DNA from: Takakia lepidozioides | Lineage: Eukaryota; Plantae; Bryophyta | DNA length: 64,000 bases | Direction: 5' to 3' | Assembly (NCBI GenBank): GCA_030704615.1 | Contig: CM060734.1 | Coordinates: forward strand, 50,964,001-51,028,000 | The notes under the pieces: generated by a model | What the model saw: the letters and a program-made list of their open reading frames with translations, nothing else | What the model was told of the DNA's origin: nothing | Database searches by the model: none | Translations under genes and position numbers: made by a program | Shown: positions 9,730-21,808 of the stretch, one piece after another | Layout of the letters: the number at the start of each line of letters is the position of its first letter | How positions within the stretch are numbered: position 1 is the first letter of the stretch

Positions 9730-12700
9730 TCAGATTTGAAACTGCATTCTCAGAACCAAGAAATGGCCTTCTTGTGGCACTGGAAGTGAGATTGACACCA
9801 GTCCAGTGTCTTTCTCGTAGCCAAAGTCGCTATACTCAGAATCAACCGAGCATGATTGGGGGCTACATGATGCAAATACTCCAAACTTCCCACATCCATG
9901 CACACTCATGGAGATAGTAATATGCACATCTGTGCCAATTGCATTCACATAATACTGCAAATTCTTCAGTGCGCCTCCAGCATTGAACATATTGATCAAC
10001 CCTATCGGTGCGAAAGCCAATCCCGGACCCAACTTCTGCACAACCACCCAAACATTAGCAACTTGCCTCCAGTCAGTCACATGATCAGGTACAGGAGGAT
10101 ACGATACTAGTAGCACCCACCTTCACAGGAACCACCGTGAAGACTTCATACTCCAGCTGTGACAATGTGACAGGCAGTACCACTCCTCTGGGTACACGCA
10201 CCAGCTCAGCTGCACGCCATGACATATCCAAGACATCATTAGATCCATCACCTACCCAATGATGTGGCAGAAGAGACATCAAAGTTGTCTCTTCAAAGAT
10301 GTCAAAGTTGACGTATCCAAGACATCATGTTGAAGAGACATCGAAGTTTGGGGCACAATTTGACGGGTAAATTGAACAACTCTCACCTCCTCGATGGCTG
10401 TACAAGAGACAATCCCCATCCCAATCCCGTGGTGCCACATCACCCAGAAGGTGAATGTCGTTGGCGCACACACTACCAGTTATGGCCGCTGCTGATGGAT
10501 TATGCACCGAATTCTTCTTCCCCACAGCACACCAACCTGTGCCTTGACAGTTGAAGGCGCCCACCATTCCCCCATACTTGTTCAGGTTCCATATCTTCAG
10601 CAAACTGCACACCCACTTCCATCAGTGAAACTCAAACTTGCCACACATGCAACAACAGATGATGGAATGTCTTCTCACCTGCGGCCATCACGGTTTGGAT
10701 CAGAAAAGAGACAATCACGAGTAGGAAGGCCTGGAAGCTGTGCTCTAAGCACAGACCCATCTGGCAACACCAACTTCTTCAATAGCTCGAAGTCATGATG
10801 TCCTGGTTTATCACTGCACTCACCCATCCCTTTCCTGTCAGCTGATTCCGTTCATCTAATCTCCCTCCCTTTCTATTGTATCTCTTTGCCAATTACAGTA
10901 CAGAGTGATCACCTTGTTGAGCATAAAGGGAGAAGAGGGACAGGGCAACACGCCCAGAGAAAGCCACAATAGTCCAAGGACAAATGTCACAAAGTGGAGC
11001 AATGTGAAAGAGACATCATACCTAACATAGATAGCACACCCTCCCAAAGCCCGCGCTGCTGCATGATACTCTGCTGCTGGGTGCAGACTCTACAAAACCA
11101 ACCAGCCCCATGCGTTAGAAACTCCTTGCCAGGTAGCATGTATCCTGCTGTCTATGACCTCCGTGACCTCTGCAATCAACAAAGCAAAGGACCTAGGGAA
11201 GAGGCGCACCTGGAACATGTCCCAGTCTGGCTGCATGAATTGCCCCAGGAACAGACTGTTGTACACCACAGAAGCAATGTGAATGGTGTGAGATCCAGGA
11301 TCCATTGGCCAAAAGTCCTCTGATGCTCGCACCACAGCAGTTTGATTGGAACTGCCACACCACACCACACATCACATCAGCCCGTCCACTCAATCAGTTC
11401 ATTTCTCATTTTGTTGCATCTCAGCCTTTAGCAGATTCAATTAACTTCCATCCAACTGTAAGCAGCTCACATCCAATAAGGCCAACACAGTTCCCAGCAA
11501 AGCTCACTTGTATAATGAATCAGTATTATGACTCATACTGCTGATGCAGCCATTGTCCGGGAAGTTGCGAGCAATGGATGCCTCCAGGGCCTTATGATAC
11601 TGCTGAGTCAAGAGGACACGACCACCAAATCCAGCACCCAGGGTCTCAATGATGTTCTGCACATCGACCTTCACACCATCTACGCCAGCAGCTGCAAGGT
11701 AGCTGTGCATCTCATTGTAAAAATCAAACACCTTTGTGGGGTTCACCAACCCGAGTCCATTGATGGTCAGGCTGTCGTATGACATATCAGGCTGATTCTG
11801 GAGAACCCCCGGTGAGTGCACAGGGTACACCACACCTGATTCATAGTGCTTAGTGCCTGTTGCCCCTGGGTGTACTCCTCCCCAGTACCCGGCTAATGCA
11901 TGCCACACATAGACATACCTGCCATCAATCACATTTGGCCATAAAAACCCTTGCCATCCATCCACCTTCATTTTCCACTATAAACTCAAAGTTTGAGTTC
12001 CTTAAACCCTACTCCCAATGAACCTGAGAAACACCAGCCTAAATCCTCCTACACCTGTTTACCAGTTGTTGTTCATATGCACACGATAGATGGCTTGCTT
12101 CAAGCAGTTTGGGAGCTTACTTCAGATTGTGATTGACTTTAGCATCACTGATAATATGCTGGAGACCCAAACTGGGATCTTCTGGCCAGTAACCAGGTTT
12201 CCCGTTCTTTTGAAACTTATGATTCTCCTTAAAATGGGTCAACCTGCTCACATATCTACACACAATTGATGTCAGATAAAAGCTCCAAAAGCTTTGTGTT
12301 CAAATGCTGAAAAGAGAAGGCAACAAATGACCAAGATAGCAGTGGCTTACTGTGTGCCTGCAGTAACAGTAGTACTGGCAATGTCAGTCATTGATTCATC
12401 CGCAGCCACAGATTGCCAGCCATCATCAAGTATCAGGAAGCGCGCAGGTGTGCCACCCTCTGCCAACCTGCAACCCCAGCTCTTGCTAAGTAACCACAGA
12501 TTTTCCTTCCCCCTTAGATCCTCATGTTGGACACCCAACAACAGAGTACCAGGACTTGAACTTATGAAGGGGATAGAGACAACTATGAGAAATAGCTGCT
12601 GGCTAAGCCTTGGATCCCTGATGGACCTTTCTGCAACAACTACAGCCCCTGGCTCATCTCTGCCAGGGAAAACGGTGCAATTCCAACATGCAATTTACAG

Positions 12701-14236
12701 ATACTTGGCCCTCTTACCAAGTCACAGACGAGGACAGGCATCTAGACAGATTACCTGATCAAACCCTGTTTGACACCTTGCACAGTGACTTCGGTGTAGA
12801 AGGCATTCCAAGTGCACCACCCAAAGTAGTCCAGAATGCCTGGTATCTGCCTCCACCAATAATTTCCTTTCCCACTTTCAACCAGTCTGTTAACCCTGCT
12901 CTCTGTTCTCCCTCCAAGTAGGTGCAAGCTAGCATATCATATCAAAGTAGCAACAATTTGTCACAGACCACGTATTGTGGATCAGGAATATGATCTGAAT
13001 CCTACCTTCTTGTTTTCACGATGCTTGAATGTGCCCAAATGTGCTTCAACTTCCCTGGAAACATCCAATATGAAATCAGCTAACTAATGTTTTGTCTGCA
13101 GCATTCCCAAGCTTGTGATCCCTGAATAAGCAGTTACATCTAGCAGCATACATTCTAACATCAGATCTCTGAAGCGTAAAAAGAGCACACGCACCTCACA
13201 GCATCTGTGATGACTTGGAATGGGTCAGTGCCCACATTAACATACACTGAATGCAGGCCATAGGTCGTCTGCACTGCTGGATCCCCTGCCCGTCGATCAT
13301 CCCACAATTTCAGTATGTTTCCAACTACCCCCCATAACGATCCAGGCAAGAGCATAAATTTTCACCAAAACTGGGGTCACTGGGGTCAATTCACCTTACA
13401 ACTGCAGAAAGATGCTTGACACATTCCTATGCAAATCGAAGGACAAAAGGCACAACATACCACTTTCTAAACACACTTCCAACTCATCCTTCTCATTCCC
13501 TTGTAAAGAAGCCCGAAATCTCCCATCCAGCAGTGGTAAGAAGACAATATAGAAATGAGAAGGTCCCTCCACCAGCATGAATTGCGTTTCAAATTGTATT
13601 TCGTGCCCAGATGTGCCCATTCGCTGAGTCATCCACCACAGTTCGAAGCGAAAGCAAGAGAGAAAACGCAACCCCCTGCTACCAGCCCAGGCAAATTAAG
13701 TCAGCTACCTACAGCTCTCAGTTCAGATTGATATCCCGACTCATATGTCAAGTTTATGGGCAGAAACCATGTGAAGATGTGCTGTTCCTCCACTGTTGAA
13801 CATGATGATACATGGTGATCTACTTCAAGCATGCTGATGCAAATCTTCCAGGTTCCTCTCAGAGGCAAATAACTAAGCTCGTTGAATCAGGGAGCCCCTC
13901 CATAGCCGGTTGTGTCTAAATGTACAGAAGGATGTCTGGCAGAGAAGTCGTTTGCTCTTTTGTTTATCCAGCGATCTCTCTGTTGCAGAACATGGTAGTA
14001 ATGTAAGCAGCTATTTGTTGAAGTTTTATGCCTACGAAAGGGCAAGGATCGTACTTGAGTACGCCGAGAGGAAAAACATGCCGGCTCTTGCTTTCAGAGA
14101 AGATGGTTCCCAGGAAACCAGAATGGAGGCTGGCGTTGCGGGTGAACACGATATCAGCTGACACCCCCTTCAGAACTGGCTCCCCATGCACCATTAGCTG
14201 CCCATCTGCGATCGAAATCTCCGGCGTCACCGTCAT
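9730..14236 (-). CDS. SIP2: Raffinose synthase / seed imbibition protein (alkaline alpha-galactosidase, GH36), about 14 exons
   Basis: ATG at 14236 ([18 protein letters not shown]). Exons encode [91 protein letters not shown] and [15 protein letters not shown], with GT-AG boundaries and a stop at 9730. The symbol reflects the family; exact orthology is not established. Confidence 0.92.
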
Positions 14237-15502
14237 CTTGCTCGTGTCCTTTCTCTCACGCACTCTCTCAGCTCACAGACCGCTGCAGAGCACAGCACTG
14301 TAGAGTGCTGCCTCCCAGAAGCGCGCAGACCCGCACCCCACAATGAGGAAAAGAGCACACTATGTGCTGCTGCTCTTACACTAGCTCCACACCGAGGCTG
14401 CGTCCAATTGGTAGCTGGCCATCGTGACAGACTCTAACTCCTTCGCCAACTACAGGACTCCCTGCAATTCAGACAAGATGAAGAAGCAACTCTCCCACCC
14501 ACCCGTCAAAGCCTGGAGGGTCGTGATGCGGGTCTACAAATCACTACTGCTTGTCTAGACCTGTCCTTGACAAGACAACACCCACCGAAATCAGGGTCAC
14601 AGTGTGGAGTGGAAGACCAGCAATGCGATTGTAGAATTCTGGAGACTGCCTCTCATATTCCCTATATCCAACCCGAATGGTGAAAGAGCTTCAATCTCCG
14701 CTACTTACAACACAAAACTGGTGAATCTGATCTCGAGCTTCAGACAAGTATATACTACAAAATCCACCCCAAGATTTCCAACTGAAGGAATAGAGAAGCG
14801 GTGATGAAATCCCTGTAAGAAGGCAGGTACCAAGGATAGCAGAAGGTTGCGACCAATGACTGCTCAAAGCTCGTCTGCCAGATCTACAAATGCAATTGGA
14901 GGGAGAAGGCGGAGAAGCGGTGACGACACTGACGAGAACTCACAGGAACAAGACAGGCAGTTATAAGGTCGATGGGCTTGCCAGCTCCCGATTGGCTCTA
15001 GAGCCACATATTCCAAAGTGCAGTGGGCCCACGCCATGTCAGCGGAATGATCGCTCATTGGATAAGCTCGTCCAGCTCAGCTGGTAGATGCCCAATGGGT
15101 CAACCCACACATCCCAACCGCCTTTTTTTCGGACCATCCCGACATGCTTCTGAGTATGTATGTATGTATGAGCAACGTTGACATGCTTCTAAGTACTGCC
15201 TTACTTTTTTTTCTTTTTTTTCTTTTTTTCAGAGCAGAGGCTGAGGCCCTGGAAATTATTAAAGGAGAATAATGAGATACAAGAGGAAAAAATAACCTCT
15301 TAGGGGGCCGTGAAGGCGTGGACACATGGGAAACTACCCGGAGAGATACAGCGAGGGGTGTAATGGGGGATACTAAGTAAAATAGCGGCACTGCGACAAG
15401 CGAGTGAAGCTCCAAGCTCGTGAGGGAACGAACCAGAGCTATGAACTAGAAAAATGAATTGCCACACCAGGCAAAGAGAAGAGAGGACAAAAGTAGGGGG
15501 GG

Positions 15503-16175
15503 TGTCGTGCGCATACATATCGCTACACAACTACATCGATGTCCAAAACCACACAACACATGTGCACGCCACACATTAGTATATCACTAGTCCACCACTA
15601 GTCCAACCACTAGTCCAATCACTAGGCTACAACTAGTCAGTCATTAGTCCACACAATGATGACGAAGAAGAAGAAGAATACAAGCACATGAGAGCTCACA
15701 AAGCTGAAGCATAAACTCATGTATATATAACCTCATCACTCAAATACAAGTCAAGCCAAGTGCACCCCACGCCATGGGGAATCCACACTACGGCGCCATA
15801 GCTAGGCGCGGTGAGGCTCAACTCGAGAAAGATGAGCCTCCCGCGCTTGCCGTGAAGATAACCACTCCAAGGCCTAAATCTGCCTTGACCCCTGGATTGA
15901 CACTTGGGCCAATCCCAAATGTCAATATGTAAAAGCTAGCTGTTTCTTAGCTAGTTTCACACTAGTGGTAAAATAACTTGACAGCTGTCGTACGCATACA
16001 TATCGCTACACAACTACATCGTTGTCCAAAACCACACAACACATGTGTACGCCACACACTAGTATATCACTAGTCTACCACTAGTCCAACCACTAGGCTA
16101 CAACTAGTCAGTCACTAGGCTGCCACTATGTTGCCCACTATGGCAGTCACTAGTCCACACAATCGCCCCCCCTAG
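15503..16175. mobile_element. LTR-like repeat or retroelement remnant
   Basis: Direct repeats at 15503-15655 and 15986-16161 each begin TGTCGT and end CACACA. Polypurine tracts abut both outer ends (aaaagtagggggggg|TG on +, ctagggggggcgat|TG on -). No clear PBS was seen and orientation is unresolved. Confidence 0.5.
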
Positions 16176-16539
16176 CTGGTGTTTAGGTCCCTCTAAGTCC
16201 AGGTAGCCACAAGATGTGATAGTGACCATAGCCTCACTAAGTCCTCCACCACTGTTCCTACTACACTCAAGCTCGATAGATCAAGCGGTCGGGTGCAAGA
16301 GTTGCCCCATCGTTAGTCACCGTCTTGCAACCTGTGAACTTGAGCTTGGGGTCTCGTGTATTGACTCCTATGAGCTTGGCCTCCCATTGCAAATCTGGGA
16401 TTATCAAAAGCCCCATGTGCCTCTAGCAATGCTTGATTATAGTAGAAGTAACATGTGCTCTTCACACATTCTCCACCATTTTTACAACTTGGTAGACATC
16501 ATTTTCTGGATCATCTTCTGTCGTAAGACAAAGAATCTT

Positions 16540-17490
16540 ATGTTTTATCAGCTCATTGCGATACTTGAATGAGTTTATTATTCCGGCATCCATGGGCTGC
16601 AAAGTGCTACTAGTATTTGGGGGCAAAAACTCCAGTGTCGTAATTTTTAGGTCTCCACCTATGCATTTTTATGACCCGAAAAAACTATCCACCAGAAGCA
16701 AAATTTTCTCTTTGTCGGCTACGCGGATTCTCTTCTCGAAATTATCCAATAGAAAATTTTCAAACAAGAGAACTGTCATCATGCTTTGTTATTTGTATAC
16801 CACAAGATGTTTAGATTTTCAGGGTTTGAAATATTCCTCTTTATGAATGCTCTAGGTCGAGCATACTTGTGAATCACAAAAGCTGGCAATTTGAAACTAC
16901 CATCTGCGTGTGACATGAGAGCAATCGTGATTCTCTCTTTGATTTTCTTTTTCCCTGAGAGTCTACGGGTAGCAAGTGTCCGATTCGGTTCAAGCCTGAA
17001 AAACAAACATGTCTCGTCCATATTGAAAACATCATAATGATGGTACCTGGAGACTATGTCTTTGATTTCTTGAATGCGAGCTATAGTCTCGGGAGACGTA
17101 TTTGCAGATCTCGCTTTCCCACGTCTTGTAAATCTTCGGATGTTATATCTTTTCTCGAACCCCTCTACCCAACCACGAGAAAAAAAATGCTCTTTCCCTC
17201 CAGACTCTCTTGGGATTCGAGCATAGAATCACTTGGCTGCTGCATAGATAAGATCGTCGAACAGTGTAGTCAACCTCCCTTGTATAGCTAAAAACCAAGC
17301 ATGTGGAACTTTTTCCACCTACGGACATAATATATTTATAATTCTCAAGGAATCAGGTTTCAGATCGATCCGTCCCAAATACAACGACTTATTTTTTATA
17401 AGCATGTAAATAGTCCTCTCAGAGATAGAAGTTTTAAACTTCTCGTTCACCCACATTGTAAGAGCTCTATTGACATTAGCACTACACATG
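16540..17490 (-). mobile_element. pogo/Tigger-like (DDE_1, CENP-B family) transposase remnant
   Basis: Encodes FNMDETCLFFRLEPNRTLA, KERITIAL, WYTNNKA(W)MT, KILLLVD and LQPMDAGIINSFK, with stops and frameshifts. Confidence 0.8.
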
Positions 17491-17914
17491 TGTTTTTAAA
17501 AATCAGTCACGTAGTAAATAGTCCCAAAGTGGATTAAAAGATGTCTTTCTCTGGACGCAGTACTTAAACGTAGCGTAGTAAGAATTTTTTAATTTGATGA
17601 TCGGTGTGAACTTTTTGTCACCTTATTATAATGACCACTTTCAATGTCATATTGCGATCCGAGTTGCCCATTTTATTGGGCTATGCATATAATTGACTTT
17701 TGTCACTTTATTACGACGTTGGCACTTTATTACATGAAAGTAAAAAACATGCTGATTTCTAGCAGATCGTTTGCATCACAAAGGAATAAAAAGCATCTGG
17801 TGATCGATGAGGGTTGTATTCTTTTTGCCATATCGCACATTATTTGAATCATTCGATTCGGTGCTACAAGGCTCACATTCTCATTTTTTTGCAATCTCAA
17901 TAGATGCAAAAATT

Positions 17915-18835
17915 TCAAAAAAAGACTCCGAGAGCAACATCTATCATCTCCACTTCCTGTGGTCTCATCATACATTTCCTTACGTAACCTGCTGTTTTCA
18001 AATCCATTCCGCTGTTTTAAACCGGTACAACCCAATTGACAGAAGGGAAATACTGACCAGACTTCATCATATGGAGGAGAACACGCGACGATGTTGAATT
18101 CTATTGCCATTTCATTTTGTATCTCCACCACATCTCTCTCCAAAGCATTTTGATGTGAAAGGCAAACCTTTGTTTTTCCGAAGCTGACAGTACCCGATCA
18201 TGCCGATATATGTATGGAGGCCTTTGCCTCATAACAGCTTGTAGTGCACATGATGCCCGGCTGGTGCAGATTTAGGTTGTCCCAACCTAAAGCGTTTTTA
18301 ATTTGTTTGTTGAGCATCTAACTCGATTCGTAGATCTTACGCACCATTTGTAGATGGCCATGAAACAAAGTCTCTCCTCTCTCCAATGAACAAACACATG
18401 ACACGCATTATGTTCGCAGAAACGTTCCATTTTCGATAGACAACGTAGATCGATGTCTGCTCTTGCTGCCGCTATAGTGATGCTTACTTCAAGTATTTTT
18501 TTGCCTAAGCGTCTTTTTACAGTGACATTCTCTCTAGCCAACGCTTTCATGGACTCGAGATTTATAGGACCTACGTCGCCACCTTCTGTACGACCCTTTG
18601 TCACCATGATCGGTTTAGGGCTATACAATCGCGCTACCCAGTCGCTTTGTTTAGGGTGATCGATATACTGACTTTTGTATCTCGCCTCTTTTGCCTCTCG
18701 CTCCCCCGCCTTTTGCTTATTACTTGGGCGTGATGTTGGGCCCACTGTTGCTCCACTAACTGTTGTATCTCGCCTCCCGCTCCCTCGCTTTTGCTCATTA
18801 CATTGGGCCCACCGCCGCTCCTTTCTTATGCACAT
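17915..18835 (-). mobile_element. Replitron-type HUH endonuclease, decayed
   Basis: Across frames: EVSITIAAARADID, CSLERGETLFHGHLQMV (HUH at ~18354-18362), KGLHTYIGMIGYC (catalytic-Tyr motif, ~18190) and LLHMMKSGQYFPSVNWVVP. No helicase domain was seen. Confidence 0.75.
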
Positions 18836-19051
18836 TGTCTTGTGCCCACCGCCTCTCTATGTCACCGCCTCATACCATATTGTGATTAAAAAAAAAGTTG
18901 CATGCAGTCTTATCTGCGAACCCATTCGCCACTCCAACCACCTAAGAGTACATGTGTCTACATCCCGTCCACCCACTTCCTTCCTATCCAAGCCTCCCTC
19001 GATCCCACGTGATTGGCTATTCCCACTGTGTCCGGTTTTCCAACCTTCGCA

Positions 19052-19098
19052 CACTCCCCATATGAGTTGGGATACACTCCCCATATGAGTTGGGATAC
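19052..19098. repeat. 23-bp tandem duplication
   Basis: cactccccatatgagttgggata occurs twice in tandem. Confidence 0.85.
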
Positions 19099-19375
19099 GA
19101 TAGTTATGTTGTTTTGCAATAGCATCAGCGAACTAAGCGGTATACTCAATATTAAGGTAAAAAAGGCTTTGACCGAATTATCAATTAGCCTGCTTTAGCG
19201 GTAATCAGAATTGAACAAAATTCACTTTAATTGTTGTATCTTTTGGGAATAACATAGTACATCTTAGAGCTTCGCATTTATCCTTTCTCAAAATGCCTCA
19301 ATGTATAAAACTTCTCTAGATAATAAGCCAAACAAAGAACCTTGTGAGATGTATATAGAATATACAAGTACCAAT

Positions 19376-19457
19376 AGTCCGTAGCTCAGTTGGATAGTGC
19401 ACTGAGTGCCACCCAGAGTTGGGTCCAATCCTGCTACTTGACAGGTGTGATATACTC
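19376..19457 (+). mobile_element. tRNA-derived SINE head, interrupted by a hAT MITE and probably continuing at ~20039-20085
   Basis: A-box-like tagctcagttgg and B-box-like gggtccaatcc at Pol III spacing. No complete cloverleaf can be drawn. Confidence 0.55.
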
Positions 19458-20030
19458 CAGTGTCGGGCGGTTATTAGTCTTTTTTAAAATCCGTCGGGTC
19501 CGGATACTTGACAAATTAGAGAATGATATATCCTGCGGATCCGGATATTAGAATAATTTGCATTTCTAATATCCGCCGGTTATGCATAGTGGAAGTTTTT
19601 AAAAATCAGCCGGATATAAATAAGTCCGGATATTTAGATTTTAATATCCGGCGGTTATAGAGTAATCCGGATATAAATAATCATGAAATATAATTTCTTT
19701 TTTAAAACAGGGGGATTGTAGCCCTGATTTAACTTTTATTGAGATTTACTCGCATTTGTTTTAAATTTTTATTTAATAAATTTAAATTATTAAAATTCTA
19801 GTAAAATATTAATATTTTATTTTATTTTCTTGTATCCGGTTGAGATCCGGTATTTTGGCTACATATCCGGTTATTAAACCTTTTTATATCCGGCGGGTAG
19901 GATCCTATCCAGATCCTCCGTTTTATGTGTCCGCCGGATATAAATAATAACCGGATAGATAGTTGCCGGATCCGGATACATTGATATCCTACTATTGATA
20001 TCCTGATGACTCTATATCCACCCAACACTG
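19458..20030. mobile_element. Non-autonomous hAT-type element (MITE)
   Basis: TIRs cagtgtcgggcgg / ccacccaacactg, an 8-bp TSD atatactc / gtatactc, and many subterminal ATCCGG/CCGGAT motifs. Confidence 0.8.
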
Positions 20031-20318
20031 GTATACTCTTCTCCCTTCCCTAAGGGCGGTGACGGTCCCATTTCTAGGCCTACATAATTTTATGTTTTAA
20101 TTATTTTAAAAAGAAAGTAAAAAAAAACAGGACCTTCAGCGCAGGCTAGCAGGCTTCCGGTTTTTGTGATTAGGGTGGAGCCATTACTTGTTGATGGCAT
20201 GCCCTAATTGAGGCAAAACCCTACTCAGGGTGCAGACTGCTGGAATTAGGGTTGAGTGTGGAGCGTATTGTTGCAGAGCTTTGTCAGTGCGCAGCAGGTA
20301 CAGGCAGGCAGCGGAGAG

Positions 20319-21771
20319 ATGAAGTATGTGCTGGTTACTGGTGGTGTTGTGAGTGGGCTGGGTAAGGGAGTCACTGCCAGCAGTATTGGTGTTGTGCTCA
20401 AGGCTTGTGGCCTCCGTGTCACCTCCATAAAAATTGGTATGCCCGTGTTTACATTTATTTATTTATGTCTTGGTGGGCACAGTCTCAGATGCCTGGATTA
20501 ATGCGTGTGAGTTGTCTGATGAGAGTATGTGTAAGCAATGTACTTGGCACAGTTAAAGAAATGGTGGGAGATTTCTACTGTGAAGGCAGGTCTGAAACTT
20601 CCATATTATATGTTTGCAGATCCATATCTCAACACGGATGCCGGCACCATGTCACCTTTTGAACATGGGGAAGTTTTTGTTCTGGATGATGGTGGTGAGG
20701 TGAGGTCACAAGAACCCAGCGCTTGTAAATATTATGAGAGGGTTAAGAGGTTCATGTGTGGTTCATCTGTCAGAGATGGTCGACAGTGTGCTCTTAACGC
20801 TGGGGTCTCTGTGACCGTGTTAACAATGTTGAAGTGAATGAAATGTCAAAGATATTTTGTTCCAATTCTTGGGCTTGACCTCATTAGCTGAATTGGATTT
20901 CTGGCTTGATTGTTTCCTGTGTTTACAGGTGGATTTGGATCTAGGAAATTATGAGCGCTTCTTGGATATCACATTGACAAGAGAAAACAATATCACAACT
21001 GGAAAAATCTATCAGGTGAATTGGCTAAGTGAGGCTTTGAAGTGTGGTGTGAATGACAGAAATAAAAGCAGGCACTTTCTTATGATGCGTGCCCCATAAG
21101 AGACAAAAGGAAGAAAGAAAGGCTTATCAGTTCATGAATCTGGACAAAGTAAAACACAGAGAAAGAGAGAGTGTAATCATGCCATTTCCCTGCCAATGTT
21201 GGCTTTTTGTAACTTGTGGCCATCAACCCCTTGGGAAACTAACTCGACCGGAGCCTTTTGTGGGGGTCTTACCCATCAGGGTTTAGCTTAGCTCGGCAGC
21301 TCAGCTGCAGGTATGATCTTATTTTCCTGCAACTGGCATAAAGGTGTTCACAGAGGCACTTGTCCACATGCAAACTTGGCAGCTTGGTTACTGAGTTATT
21401 TATTTTAGTTTTACAGTCCTGCGTTTACCACAGAAATGACATGCATGAGAAAGGCATCTGCCTGTCACTCCTGGTTGAGTGCAGGACGAAGAGAGAGAGA
21501 GAGACGAAGAGACAATGTTTGCTGTATCGTTGGGCTGGATGCCACCTCGGAGGGAGCAGAAAGGGGGGGGGGGTGGGGGTGTGTTTGGGGTGGGAGAATG
21601 GAACTCAGTGCACTGGCTGACTGGCTGATAGTGTGTGTGCAGTCAGTGATAGAGAAAGAGCGGCGAGGGGATTACTTGGGGAAAACCGTGCAGGTTTGTA
21701 TGCCTGTTACTTTTGCCAGCAACAATTTGCACTTTCAATTACATTTGTTGTAGACTGCAGGCTACGGCCGG

Positions 21772-21808
<37 letters not shown>

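Noticed and set aside
15295-19100. Termini defining a single element around the Replitron and pogo block
   Set aside because: Only short matches (gggatac, gacacatg, ctcttagg) in inconsistent order, which is not enough to call ends.
19376-19450. Functional tRNA gene
   Set aside because: A and B boxes are present, but no consistent acceptor or anticodon stems could be drawn. Treated as a SINE head.
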